A DNA stretch of 64,000 nucleotides from Planctomycetota bacterium (GTDB lineage Bacteria; Planctomycetota; PLA2; JAEUHO01). Both the position numbers and the translations under genes were made by a program. The notes beneath the pieces were generated by a model. That model saw only the letters and a list, made by a program, of their open reading frames with translations. It had not been told where the DNA came from and did no database searches. Below, one piece after another: positions 17,764 to 27,173 of the stretch. The DNA lies in contig CBDCWP010000030.1 in assembly GCA_965223505.1 (NCBI GenBank), forward strand, positions 64,001-128,000, in the 5' to 3' direction. Position 1 is the first letter of the stretch. Each line of letters starts with the position of its first letter.

Positions 17764-18802
17764 TTCGCTCGCTTGGAAGCGGTTCTTCCGGCAAACGCTC
17801 CTTTGGACCGTCGGCGCGGGAGTCCTTCTGTACGCATGGATCGTCGTCGTCGATCCGTACGACACGCTGCACGTGTCGCCCGACCTCGACCGCGCGCCGC
17901 TGGCCATGGACGCCCGGCCCTGGTTCCACGCGCTCGCGCGCGACCCCGCCTTCGACAGTGCGGTCATCGGCACGTCGACGAGCCGCCTGCTCAAGCCCGA
18001 CGAGCTCAATCAGGTGTTCGACGCGAGATTCGCGAACCTGTCGATGAACGAAGCGACCGAACACGAGCAAAGCCGCGTGTTCGACGTCTTCGTGCGGCAC
18101 CACGACCAGATCAAGGTGGTGATCATCGGCGTCGGCCGCTACTGGTGCACCGAGGGCGATGCGCCGCCCAAGTACGCGCACTATGTGTTCCCCGAGCACA
18201 TGTACGACGACGACCCGTGGAACGACTACGCTCCGATGCTCAGCTTCAAGGCGTTGCGCGCGTCGCTCAAGCAGTTCGCCACGATCGCGCTCGGCCGGCG
18301 CCGCCGGTGGGGTCCGGACGGCTACCAGCGCTTCGTCCCTGACGGCACGGCCTACGATCTCGACAAGGCACGGGCGTACATCTACGGGGACAGCGAATTC
18401 GACCCGTCGCCGGTCGCGGATCCCGTGGTTCTCGACGACGCCGAGCGCGAAACCCTGACGTTCCCGTCGCATCCGCTCCTGGCGCGCATGCTCGCCTCGC
18501 TTCCCGAGGCGACGCTGAAGATCGTCTACTTCGTGCCGTTCCACGTCGCGGAGCAGCCGCGGCCGGGATCGCGCGCGGCAGCCGTGCTCGACGTCGCCAA
18601 ACAACGCATCGCTGACATCGCGCGCGAAACGCCCAACGCGCACTGCGTGGACTTCCTGATTCCAAGCGTCATCACGAAGACCGATACCAACTATTGGGAC
18701 CCGGTGCACTACACGGTCGAGATCGCGTCCGCGCTCGCAACGATGCTCGGGGACGCGACGAGGGGCGTCGAAAACGACGACGCGTATCGAATCCTGCGCT
18801 AG
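17723..18802 (+). CDS. MBOAT partner, SGNH-like periplasmic protein
   Basis: N-terminal TM, IGTSTS, C-terminal YWDPVHY (DxxH); overlaps the MBOAT gene. Confidence 0.75.
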   Translation: MEQFKTSSSISSSDSLAWKRFFRQTLLWTVGAGVLLYAWIVVVDPYDTLHVSPDLDRAPLAMDARPWFHALARDPAFDSAVIGTSTSRLLKPDELNQVFDARFANLSMNEATEHEQSRVFDVFVRHHDQIKVVIIGVGRYWCTEGDAPPKYAHYVFPEHMYDDDPWNDYAPMLSFKALRASLKQFATIALGRRRRWGPDGYQRFVPDGTAYDLDKARAYIYGDSEFDPSPVADPVVLDDAERETLTFPSHPLLARMLASLPEATLKIVYFVPFHVAEQPRPGSRAAAVLDVAKQRIADIARETPNAHCVDFLIPSVITKTDTNYWDPVHYTVEIASALATMLGDATRGVENDDAYRILR

Positions 18803-19794
18803 CCGGACCAGGCGCGCTCGACGGGGAGCTTGCCGACCTCTTCGAACAGCCGCTCGTAGCCGCCGGTATTCGGCAGGGGGTACGTCGCGAACACGGGCTT
18901 GCCGAAGTCCTCGGTCGGCCGGAAGCCGTCGAGCGCACGGCAGACGCCGATGCGGCGGGCGCACAGCGGCTTGCCGAGCGCCACCGCATCGAGCATCGAG
19001 AAGCCGAGCGTCTCCGACTGCGAGAAGCAGACGTAGCCGGCGCAGGCGTGATACAGCCGATAGAGCTCGTCGCGCGACGGCGCCTCGACGAGCCGGAGCC
19101 GCGGGTGTTCGACCGACGCCACGTTCGCCAGGATGTTGCGCGCGTACTTCTTCTTGCGCCGCGCGAACGTGATGGGGTCGTAGCACCAGACGAGCTGTTT
19201 GTCCGTCGCGTCGAGGAACTCGACGATGTGCTGGTGGCCCTTGATCTCCCCGTACGGCGTGAACGCGGTGAGGTACACGTCTTCGGGCGGCACGTCGCCC
19301 TCGATCGCGGGCATCGTCGGGAACGGGTCGGGCAGTGCGACCACGTGCGGCCGCGGCAACGCCTCGTCGCGCGGCGTTTCGCAATGCAGGACGTCCGTGA
19401 TCGACAGGTACTTGCGGCGGGGATCGAGATCGAGGACGACGCGCGGGCTGCCGACGCGCTCGAGCCGCGGCAGCCAGCGGCGACGGCCCAACCCCGAGGG
19501 CATGATGTAGGCGAAGTCGTAGTCCGCCGTCGCGACGGCATCGTTCCAGTCCTTGCTCTCGAGCACGCGCAGCGTCTCGGACGGTTCGACGTCGTAGGGC
19601 CCCGGCGGCATGTTGGTGTGCTCGAAGACCGCCGTGCAGGTGTAGCCCGAGTCGCGGACCCAATCCGCAAAGATCCGCGTCAACCGCTCGACGCCCCCGA
19701 CACCCCCGAGAAACGGCGCGACGAACAGGATGCGCCCGCGCTCGCCGGGCGGCAGCGGTTCAGCCTTCGATCGGGACCACGGGAGCGGCGCCAT
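18799..19794 (-). CDS. GT-B (family 4-like) glycosyltransferase
   Basis: GGVGGVER; SQSETLGFSMLDAVALGKP. Confidence 0.8.
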   Translation of the reverse strand: MAPLPWSRSKAEPLPPGERGRILFVAPFLGGVGGVERLTRIFADWVRDSGYTCTAVFEHTNMPPGPYDVEPSETLRVLESKDWNDAVATADYDFAYIMPSGLGRRRWLPRLERVGSPRVVLDLDPRRKYLSITDVLHCETPRDEALPRPHVVALPDPFPTMPAIEGDVPPEDVYLTAFTPYGEIKGHQHIVEFLDATDKQLVWCYDPITFARRKKKYARNILANVASVEHPRLRLVEAPSRDELYRLYHACAGYVCFSQSETLGFSMLDAVALGKPLCARRIGVCRALDGFRPTEDFGKPVFATYPLPNTGGYERLFEEVGKLPVERAWSG

Positions 19795-19854
19795 GGCGCG
19801 GAGTCTACCGGCGCGGTTCGTCGGATTCGGCAGTTCGCCCCTAAGATGCGCGCC

Positions 19855-20625
19855 ATGCAGTTCGAGGTCGCAGGTTCCGACGGTCGACCGGTCCGCGCCG
19901 TCGCGCATGGTCCCGACGACGCGCCCGCCGTTCTCGTCGCGCACGGCTTCAAGGGCTTCAAGGACTGGGGCATGTTTCCGTGGCTGTGCGACCGGCTGGC
20001 CGCCGCGGGACTACGGGCGATCCGGTTCGACTTCTCGCACAACGGCGTGGCGGTTTCGGACTTCGACCGGCTCGATCTGTTCGCGCTCGACACCGCGACC
20101 CGCCACCTGGAAGACCTGCGCGCGCTCGCGGGCGCGGTGAAGGGCCCGCTCGGGCTGCTGGGGCACAGCCGCGGTGGCGGTGACGTGCTCTGTTTCGCCG
20201 CCGAGGAGCCGCGCGTTCGTTGCGTGGCGACGCTGGCATCGATTGCGAGCCAGGACTTCGCGCCGCCCGACGCCGATGCGGTGCTGGCCGAGAAGGGCTA
20301 CTACCCGTTCCCGAACGCGCGCACGAAGCAGCTGATGCCGGTCGCGCTGCCCGCGTTCGAAGACGGCCGGCGGCGCAGGAACTCGATCGAAAAGGCGGCG
20401 CGCGGGCTGACGTGCCCGGCGCTGTTCATCCACGGCACGTGCGACGAGTCGGTGCCGATCTCGGCGCTCGAGCGCCTCGCGAAGTGGCGGCCGGACGCGC
20501 GGGTTCTGCGTGTGGAGGGCGCCGGGCACACGCTCGGCGCCGTGCACCCGTTCCAGGGCGCGACCGACGCGCTCGACGAGGCGGCGGACGCGCTCGACGC
20601 GTTCTTCACGGAGCACCTCGGCTAG
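19855..20625 (+). CDS. Alpha/beta hydrolase
   Basis: HGFKGFKDWG, GHSRGG, HGTCDESVP, GAGHT. Confidence 0.9.
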   Translation: MQFEVAGSDGRPVRAVAHGPDDAPAVLVAHGFKGFKDWGMFPWLCDRLAAAGLRAIRFDFSHNGVAVSDFDRLDLFALDTATRHLEDLRALAGAVKGPLGLLGHSRGGGDVLCFAAEEPRVRCVATLASIASQDFAPPDADAVLAEKGYYPFPNARTKQLMPVALPAFEDGRRRRNSIEKAARGLTCPALFIHGTCDESVPISALERLAKWRPDARVLRVEGAGHTLGAVHPFQGATDALDEAADALDAFFTEHLG

Positions 20626-20630
20626 CGGAC

Positions 20631-21443
20631 TCAGTCGGCGGCACGTTCGTCGAGGAACGCGGAGACGGCCGCCCAGTACCCGTCGTCCGGCGCATCCCAC
20701 ATGTCGTTGTGCCCCGTATCGGCGAGCTGCACCCAACGCTTCGGCTGGTGGGCCGCCTCATACAGCCGACGGCCGAACTTCATCGGGATGATGTCGTCGT
20801 CCTCACCGTGCAGGCACAGGAGCGGGCACTTCACGTCGCCGATCTTGTCGAGGTTGTCGAACCGGTCCTTGAGCAGGAGCCGCGTCGGTAGAAACGGATA
20901 GGCGGCGCCGCCGACGTCGGTCATCGATGTGTAGCCGGACTGCAGGACGAGAACGGGCGCTTCATGTCGACGGGCCATCTCGACGGCGACGCCGCAACCG
21001 AGCGACGAACCGAAAAGCACGGGTACCGGACGCCCGTTCTCTTTCAGCCACGCCATGCAAGCCTCGCCGTCCTGATACAGCCCCTCTTCGGACGGCGATC
21101 CCGTGCTGCCGCCGTAGCCGCGGTAGTCCGGCAGCATGACGCCGTAGCCCATCGAGCGGATGCGGCGCGCCCACACGAGGCGATGGCCGCGGTGTCCCGC
21201 GTTACCGTGGAACAGCAACACGTCCAGCGGTCGGGTTCCCTGCCAGTACCACGCCTCGATGGTCTCGCCGTCCGCGGTGCTCAACTGCAACGACTGTGCG
21301 CCCGACGGCGTGGCCGGCCGGCTCTCGTCCGGAAAGTAGATGAGCGAGCGCTGGATGAAGTAGACGAGAATGCAAAGCGCGAGGTACGCGCCCACGACCA
21401 TGGCCAAGACGCGCCAGACGACCGGCGGGACCGACGCCAGCAT
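20631..21443 (-). CDS. Alpha/beta hydrolase (Bem46/ABHD17-like)
   Basis: N-terminal TM, FHGNAG, DYRGYGGSTGSPSE, GSSLG, HGEDDDIIP, GHND. Confidence 0.92.
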   Translation of the reverse strand: MLASVPPVVWRVLAMVVGAYLALCILVYFIQRSLIYFPDESRPATPSGAQSLQLSTADGETIEAWYWQGTRPLDVLLFHGNAGHRGHRLVWARRIRSMGYGVMLPDYRGYGGSTGSPSEEGLYQDGEACMAWLKENGRPVPVLFGSSLGCGVAVEMARRHEAPVLVLQSGYTSMTDVGGAAYPFLPTRLLLKDRFDNLDKIGDVKCPLLCLHGEDDDIIPMKFGRRLYEAAHQPKRWVQLADTGHNDMWDAPDDGYWAAVSAFLDERAAD

Positions 21444-22585
21444 CAGGCGTCTCGATCCGCCACGTCTGTCGTTCGGAGCCTCTCGGTGATCGATCCGACC
21501 GCGTGTCGCACGTCGTAGCGTTCATCGGCGCGACGCGCGGCGGCGGCGCCGAGCTGACGTGCTTCGTCGCGCGACGCGGCGAGGCGCTTCATGCCGGCCG
21601 CGAGCGCGTCCGCGGACTCGTCGCACAGCACGCCCGTCTCGCCTTCAGCGACGATCTCGGGCAACAGACCCCGGCGTGTCGTGACGCTCGGCACCCCGAG
21701 GGCCATGCCCTCGCGCAAGGCGCGGCAGGTCGGATCGGATCCGGGCACCAGGAACACTTGCGCGTCGAGCCCCGCGAGCGTGGACGCGTACTCGGCGCCT
21801 TCCAGGTAGCCGGTGAGCGTCACCGAATCACCGAGCCCGGCCGCCTCGATCGGCGCGCGCGCGACGCTCTCGGCGTGTGTGCCACGACCGATCACGAGCA
21901 GATGGAAGTCGATGCCCTCGCTCACGAGCTTCGCGGCCGCCTCCCAGAGAAGCTCGAACCGGCGGTGCGTCTGCAGCCGCGCGACGATGCCGAACAGGAA
22001 CGCCCCGGCGGGCACCTCGAACCGCGACCGGACGTCGAACGCGCGGTCGACACGACGCTCGAGCCCCGCCACGTCGAGCGGCGGGTGAATTTGGAGCACG
22101 CGGCCCGCGTCGACGCCGGCGCGTAGCAGGCGTTGGTGCGCGTCGGCGCCCATCGCGACGACCAGCTCCGTGCCGCGCAGGGCGGCCGCCTCCCCCGCGG
22201 CGACGTCCGACGTGCCGTCACCGAACCACAGCCGCGCGACCGGCGGCCGACCGGCGGCGCGCGAGCGCAGCACGAGACGATGATCGTTGCGCAACGTCGA
22301 GACGGCGAGGTCGGGCGCCGACGCGGACAGGTAGCGCCGCATCTTCCCGGCGTCCCGGAAGTCCCGAATCGGGTGCCGGTGCTTGGCGAGGTAGGCGCCG
22401 GGGTCCTCGACGGGGAGCCCGCGCGCCTTCGCAGCGTCCGCAGCGAACGGCGACGCGCCGGCGGGCGGTCGCCCGAGGACGACACGCACGTCATGGCCGG
22501 CCGCCGCGAACGCGGCGGCCAGGTCGAGGCTGGGCTCGACCGGTCCGGTGCGTTTCCAGTTGCTGATCGTCCAGAGGATCTTCAT
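21443..22585 (-). CDS. Glycosyltransferase family 4
   Basis: GIVARL, ALREGMALGVP, GLLPEIV..GETG. Confidence 0.85.
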   Translation of the reverse strand: MKILWTISNWKRTGPVEPSLDLAAAFAAAGHDVRVVLGRPPAGASPFAADAAKARGLPVEDPGAYLAKHRHPIRDFRDAGKMRRYLSASAPDLAVSTLRNDHRLVLRSRAAGRPPVARLWFGDGTSDVAAGEAAALRGTELVVAMGADAHQRLLRAGVDAGRVLQIHPPLDVAGLERRVDRAFDVRSRFEVPAGAFLFGIVARLQTHRRFELLWEAAAKLVSEGIDFHLLVIGRGTHAESVARAPIEAAGLGDSVTLTGYLEGAEYASTLAGLDAQVFLVPGSDPTCRALREGMALGVPSVTTRRGLLPEIVAEGETGVLCDESADALAAGMKRLAASRDEARQLGAAAARRADERYDVRHAVGSITERLRTTDVADRDA

Positions 22586-24195
22586 TCGATGGGTTCGTCC
22601 ACGACGATCCGCTTCTGCGCCAGCTGCTCGGCGACGCGGCGTGCGATCTCCTTCTCACGTCGAGCGACGACCGGGTTCTTCGCATAGCGGCGGAACCAAC
22701 GCAAGCGATCCGTTCGCGTCACCACCAACGGGATCGACGCGGCGAGCTGTGCGAGGTTCTTGACTCGGCGACGCTCGTCCACGGGATCGTCGAAGAACCG
22801 GCAGCGGTCGGTGTCGATCAGATAGAAGACCCGCTTCGCGGGGTTCGCCGTGTCGACGCGCACGTTCACGCCCTTCAAGTCGCCGTGGTAGATGCCCCGC
22901 TCGTGCAGATCGCGAACCCAGTCGGCGCTCTGGGCGAGCAACGATCGCCGGGCGGCCGGCCTGCCGTCCCGAAACGTCTCGCGTGCCAGCGTGTCGAGGC
23001 GCGGAAAGGGCGAGACGTCCTGATACAGCGTGTACACACGCCCGGCCTCGCGCACGTACGCCAGCGGCCAGGGGCTGAAGATCTGGCGCATGCCCAGCCG
23101 ATGCGCGTTCTCGTACCCCTGACGGTGGCGATCGGGCGCCACCAGGTTCTTGACCCGGCCCGACCACCCCGCCGGGATGGTCTCCTTCACGACGACGTCG
23201 CCGTGGCAGGTGACGGCGCTCTTGCGACCGCGCTTGGCGACGCGGTGGTCGTTGCGCGTCATCGCGTCGTCGTGCTCCATCAAGGCGCGCGCGAGCCGCT
23301 CGGTGGACAGGCTCCGGCGGCGGAACCCCCTGCCTTCGCCGACCTCGTTCGTGAAGTCCGAGCTTTGGCGCACGCACCGCTTCGATCGGCTGCGAATGTG
23401 CGCGCTGCGCGCGGCCCGGGCCGCGACAGGCGCCCGCGCCAACAGAGCGCGGGCAAGCGGCGTGTCGCCGCCGCCGTATGCGCGCAGAACGGCCTCCCAG
23501 CCGGCGTCGCCGTCGTCGGTGGTCAAGGAGTACAACCACGGGCCGAGCGCGCGGATCCGCCGGCGCGTGGACATCGGCCTTCCGGTCGCAGCACGGTGGA
23601 GGTCGATGATGTAGAGCGCGCAGCGATCCCCGGGACCGGGACCGACGAGGATGTTGCCGGCGTGCAGGTCGCGGTGGTCGCAGCCGCGATCGTGCATCGC
23701 GCGAATGAGCCGCGCCGAACGCTCGAGCAGCGCCGCCCGCTTGGCCCGCGGCTGGTCTTCCGTCAGCGCGTCGTTGAGCTCACGCACACCGTCGAGGAAC
23801 GCGCCCACGAAAAATGAGCGCGACAGTCCGAGGCCCTTGCGCTCCTCTCCGTAGGCCCACGGTTCCGGAACCGGCAGACCGACGGCGTACATGTGCCGCG
23901 CGACGTCCCACTCCGCGCGCGCGCGACCGCGACGTACGCGCGACATGAGCTTCTCGAGCACGCCGCGCGCGTGATGCACCTTGAGCAATGCCGCTTTGCA
24001 GCCCGGCCACGCCACGCGACTGGTGACCCGATAGAGGTTCTCGCCGACGACGCGGCCCGCGCGGGCGGTCTTCTCCGGCGACGGCAACAGCTGCGTGTGG
24101 ATCGCCTTGTGGACGCGCTTGAGACCCTCGCCGCGGAAGCCCACGAGCCGGAAGGACGACACGCCCGCGGTACTGGCAGCCGCCGTCCCTTTCAA
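22582..24195 (-). CDS. Tandem two-domain LPS kinase (Kdo/WaaP family)
   Basis: Two catalytic loops: HRDLHAGN...IIDL and HGDLKGVN...LIDTD; probable TTG start overlapping the upstream TGA. Confidence 0.8.
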   Translation of the reverse strand: MKGTAAASTAGVSSFRLVGFRGEGLKRVHKAIHTQLLPSPEKTARAGRVVGENLYRVTSRVAWPGCKAALLKVHHARGVLEKLMSRVRRGRARAEWDVARHMYAVGLPVPEPWAYGEERKGLGLSRSFFVGAFLDGVRELNDALTEDQPRAKRAALLERSARLIRAMHDRGCDHRDLHAGNILVGPGPGDRCALYIIDLHRAATGRPMSTRRRIRALGPWLYSLTTDDGDAGWEAVLRAYGGGDTPLARALLARAPVAARAARSAHIRSRSKRCVRQSSDFTNEVGEGRGFRRRSLSTERLARALMEHDDAMTRNDHRVAKRGRKSAVTCHGDVVVKETIPAGWSGRVKNLVAPDRHRQGYENAHRLGMRQIFSPWPLAYVREAGRVYTLYQDVSPFPRLDTLARETFRDGRPAARRSLLAQSADWVRDLHERGIYHGDLKGVNVRVDTANPAKRVFYLIDTDRCRFFDDPVDERRRVKNLAQLAASIPLVVTRTDRLRWFRRYAKNPVVARREKEIARRVAEQLAQKRIVVDEPIE

Positions 24196-24974
24196 CCTTC
24201 TCGCTCCGAGCGCACGCGGTCCCACAGCTTTGCGTACTTGAGGAACCCCGCGTACGCATGCAAGACCGCGAGGGCGAACCCCGCGCGGCCGTCGAGGAAC
24301 CCGAGTCGAACCACGTACATGTGGAAGAAACGGAAAGGCGGCCGTAGCAACATCGCCCAGAACGTCGCGCGGCGGCCGCGCTTGTAGAGCTCCTCGGCAC
24401 CGACGTCGGTGAACCGGTTCATCTGGCGCAGGTGGTCGCTGATGGAGCGATAGGTGAAGTGCTCGAGGTTGCCTTGGCGAATGCGGCCGACGTCGCCCTT
24501 CGCCTCGACCCGGTCGTGAGGGTCGACACCGCCCCAGCGCGCCTGGGCGCGGTGGAAGAGCCGGATACGCCATTCGGGGTACCAGCCGCCGTGCTTGATC
24601 CAGCGGCCGAGATAGAAGACGCGGCGCGTGACCTCGTAGGCGACGGGTTCGCCGTCGCCGCCGCGTTCGAGCGCGGTGGACTGCACCTTCAGGATCGCCT
24701 CGCGCAGCGCGTCGTCGACCCGCTCGTCGGCGTCGAGCGACAGGATCCAGTCGTGGCTCGCGGCGTCGACCGCCCGGTTCTTCTGCGCGACCCATCCCGG
24801 CCAGTCCGTCTCGATGACTCTCGCGCCGGCCTCGCGGCAGATGTCCTGGGTGCCGTCGGTGCTGCCCGAATCGACGACGACGATCTCGTCACAGAACGCG
24901 AGACTCGCGAGACACGGACCGATGCGGTCCGCCTCGTCCTTGGCGATGATGCACGCGGAGATCGGCGCCGTCAC
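24192..24974 (-). CDS. GT2 glycosyltransferase (WaaE/KdtX-like)
   Basis: ISACIIAKDEA, VVDSGSTDGT, WILSLDADE, GWYPE, GFLDGRAG; GTGA overlap. Confidence 0.9.
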   Translation of the reverse strand: MTAPISACIIAKDEADRIGPCLASLAFCDEIVVVDSGSTDGTQDICREAGARVIETDWPGWVAQKNRAVDAASHDWILSLDADERVDDALREAILKVQSTALERGGDGEPVAYEVTRRVFYLGRWIKHGGWYPEWRIRLFHRAQARWGGVDPHDRVEAKGDVGRIRQGNLEHFTYRSISDHLRQMNRFTDVGAEELYKRGRRATFWAMLLRPPFRFFHMYVVRLGFLDGRAGFALAVLHAYAGFLKYAKLWDRVRSEREG

Positions 24975-25849
24975 TGTCGTGCCTCCGGCGCGCGCCACGG
25001 CCGCGCCTCGCCGATCAACCGCCACCAGATCGTTCGCAGCCACAGCCCCCTCCGCAGCCGGGCGCGCACGCGGTCGAGCCAGGCCGCCGCGGCCTCGCGG
25101 TTCCCCGCGTATCCCTCCAGGAAGCGCAGTGCCTCCCTGCGGCCGGTCTCCATGCCCTTCAGCCGGTGCTTTTCGATGGAGCGCCCCAAGCGCACCAGGT
25201 TGTTCAGCCTGTCTACGTCGTCGAGAGGCTGCTCGTTGGGATCGGCCTTGTCGAGGTCGATCGCGAGGACGGTGTCGTCGGGGGCGATCAAGAGGTTCTT
25301 GGGATGCAGGTCGGGATGCACCACGCCGGCGTCGTGCAGGCTGCGTACGGCGGCGCCCGCGTGCCGCAGGATGTCACGCGGGTCGCCATCGTCGCGGCCG
25401 ACGCCGTAGAGCCAGGACTCGAGGTCCACCGCCCCGTCGATCTCCCGGGTGAGCAGGAAGCCGCGCCAGCCGAGCGCGCGTCGCAGCACGACGCACCCGA
25501 CGGCTTCGAGGACCGGGACACCGACGGCCTTGAGCCGTCGGTGCATCACGAACTCGGACACGGGGCGCCAGGAGCCGCTGAAGAGCGTGCCCCGCACGTG
25601 CCGCAGCAGTCCGCCCTTGCGGTACGGACGCACCATCACGGGGCCGTGGTCGGTCTCGATGCGCGCCAGCGCGCCGCGCCCTCCCCGGCCGGAGGCGGGC
25701 AGGTCGTCGGGGCGGGCGGCGACCGCGCGGACCGCGACCTCGTAGCCCGGTAGGCAGACGAGGACCTCGGAGGCGTCGACACACAGCTCGACGCCGTCGG
25801 GGACGCCGTACCGGCGGCGTACGTCTTGGCTCGACGAGGACTCACCCAT
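24971..25849 (-). CDS. Kdo kinase-like (KdkA family)
   Basis: GGRG, RPYRKGG, HPDLHPKNLL, IDLDKA, NLVRLGRS. Confidence 0.85.
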   Translation of the reverse strand: MGESSSSQDVRRRYGVPDGVELCVDASEVLVCLPGYEVAVRAVAARPDDLPASGRGGRGALARIETDHGPVMVRPYRKGGLLRHVRGTLFSGSWRPVSEFVMHRRLKAVGVPVLEAVGCVVLRRALGWRGFLLTREIDGAVDLESWLYGVGRDDGDPRDILRHAGAAVRSLHDAGVVHPDLHPKNLLIAPDDTVLAIDLDKADPNEQPLDDVDRLNNLVRLGRSIEKHRLKGMETGRREALRFLEGYAGNREAAAAWLDRVRARLRRGLWLRTIWWRLIGEARPWRAPEARQ

Positions 25850-25919
25850 TGCAGGGGCCCATGGTGCCCCAGAGAGCGACCGGGGGCGAACCTGGAAGCC
25901 GGTGGGCCCTAACGGGCGG

Positions 25920-26480
25920 TCACCGCGGACCGGCGCGGACCAATCGATGCAGGAAGGGCACACCCGGGCTGGGCTGCACGACCAACGTGTCTCCGTCGAT
26001 CTCGGCGGTGATGGGCGGAGGCTTGGGCGCCCGCGGCGCGCCGGGGGGGAGTTCGGGCTCGTCGGGCGTTTCCATTCCCTCGATCTCGACGGTATCGGTG
26101 TGCAGGGTCAGGCGCTTGCCCTCCCGACGCCACATGCCCCGGCCCAGGATCCGACGCTGGTCTTCACTCTCGATCTGAAGCTCGAACGAGCCGTCGGCGG
26201 CCAGGTCCAGGCGAATGCCCGTGTGCTCGGCCCTACGTCCGGCCTTCTCCCGCATTTCGGCGAGCAGCGTCTCGCGTGTTTCGGGCGTCCGATCGGCGGA
26301 CTCCGATTGCGCCCACGCCTCGCCCTCGGCCAGGAGCCCCTTCAGGTAGCTCTGCCGGTCGAGCTCGTACGTACCGGCCAGCGAGAGCGGCTCCTCGTCG
26401 GCGCTGCAGCCGAGCGCTAGCAGCGCGAACGCCAGAATGATCGCGACGCCGATTCGCGAACGCAGGTCAGTCGTCTGCAC
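25920..26480 (-). CDS. Hypothetical lipoprotein
   Basis: Lipobox LALGC followed by LAGTYEL; start codon uncertain. Confidence 0.65.
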   Translation of the reverse strand: MQTTDLRSRIGVAIILAFALLALGCSADEEPLSLAGTYELDRQSYLKGLLAEGEAWAQSESADRTPETRETLLAEMREKAGRRAEHTGIRLDLAADGSFELQIESEDQRRILGRGMWRREGKRLTLHTDTVEIEGMETPDEPELPPGAPRAPKPPPITAEIDGDTLVVQPSPGVPFLHRLVRAGPR

Positions 26481-26961
26481 GGGGTGTCTCCATGATCCAA
26501 AGGCGGTCCGAACGGATCTCCACCTCGTACCCCTTCTCACGCACCTGCATGAGCACGTCCTCGCCCAGGATTCCGGACACGTCGTCTCTCAGCGGGTCGA
26601 GCACGAAGCGAGTGGTGAGGAATCGCTCGCGGACCTTTGCCGACTCGAAGTCCACGCCCGCGTGGGGCGTGATCGCGTCCAACACCTCACGTCCCGTCAC
26701 GACCCCTTCGACGACGAGGCGCGCCGCCAAGAAGCGACCCGCGAAGCCGTCGCTCGCCGCGTTGGTCGAATGTGTTGCATCGGGTTCGTCGGTGAGGTCG
26801 TGCACGAGCTCCTCCGGGCGAGCCGGAGCACGTGCATCGCCCGCATTCGCACTGTGGGAGTCCCCTCCCGGCTCGAGACTCGACGGCTGCGCTTCCATCA
26901 GCGCGACGAGCACGACGGCGGCGGCGCCGAGGAGAGTGAGTGCGATGAGCGCTGTTCGCAT
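26467..26961 (-). CDS. Hypothetical exported/anchored protein
   Basis: Hydrophobic N-terminus MRTALIALTLLGAAAVVLVAL; TAGGCT just upstream. Confidence 0.55.
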   Translation of the reverse strand: MRTALIALTLLGAAAVVLVALMEAQPSSLEPGGDSHSANAGDARAPARPEELVHDLTDEPDATHSTNAASDGFAGRFLAARLVVEGVVTGREVLDAITPHAGVDFESAKVRERFLTTRFVLDPLRDDVSGILGEDVLMQVREKGYEVEIRSDRLWIMETPRADD

Positions 26962-27055
26962 GGGGCGTACAGCCTAGACACACCGACGTGGCGGACGTTC
27001 GTCATGTCGCGGCCGACGCGGGTGTTTCTTCGTGGTCCCGTGGTTGGTAGAGTGC

Positions 27056-27086
27056 GGGTCGAGGGGGGCGTCCCCCCCTCGGACCC
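27056..27086. terminator. GC-rich hairpin downstream of the large lipoprotein gene (terminator or REP-like)
   Basis: GGGTC-GAGGGGGG-cgtc-CCCCCCTC-g-GACCC; no clear U-tract. Confidence 0.4.
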
Positions 27087-27173
27087 TGTCGCCCCACGAA
27101 GTTTCGAGGTTCCCTGGGTGCGAGTAGGTCGTCGTGCCGCGGCGACGAGGCGCCGCGGCACGTCTCTGTCGCC

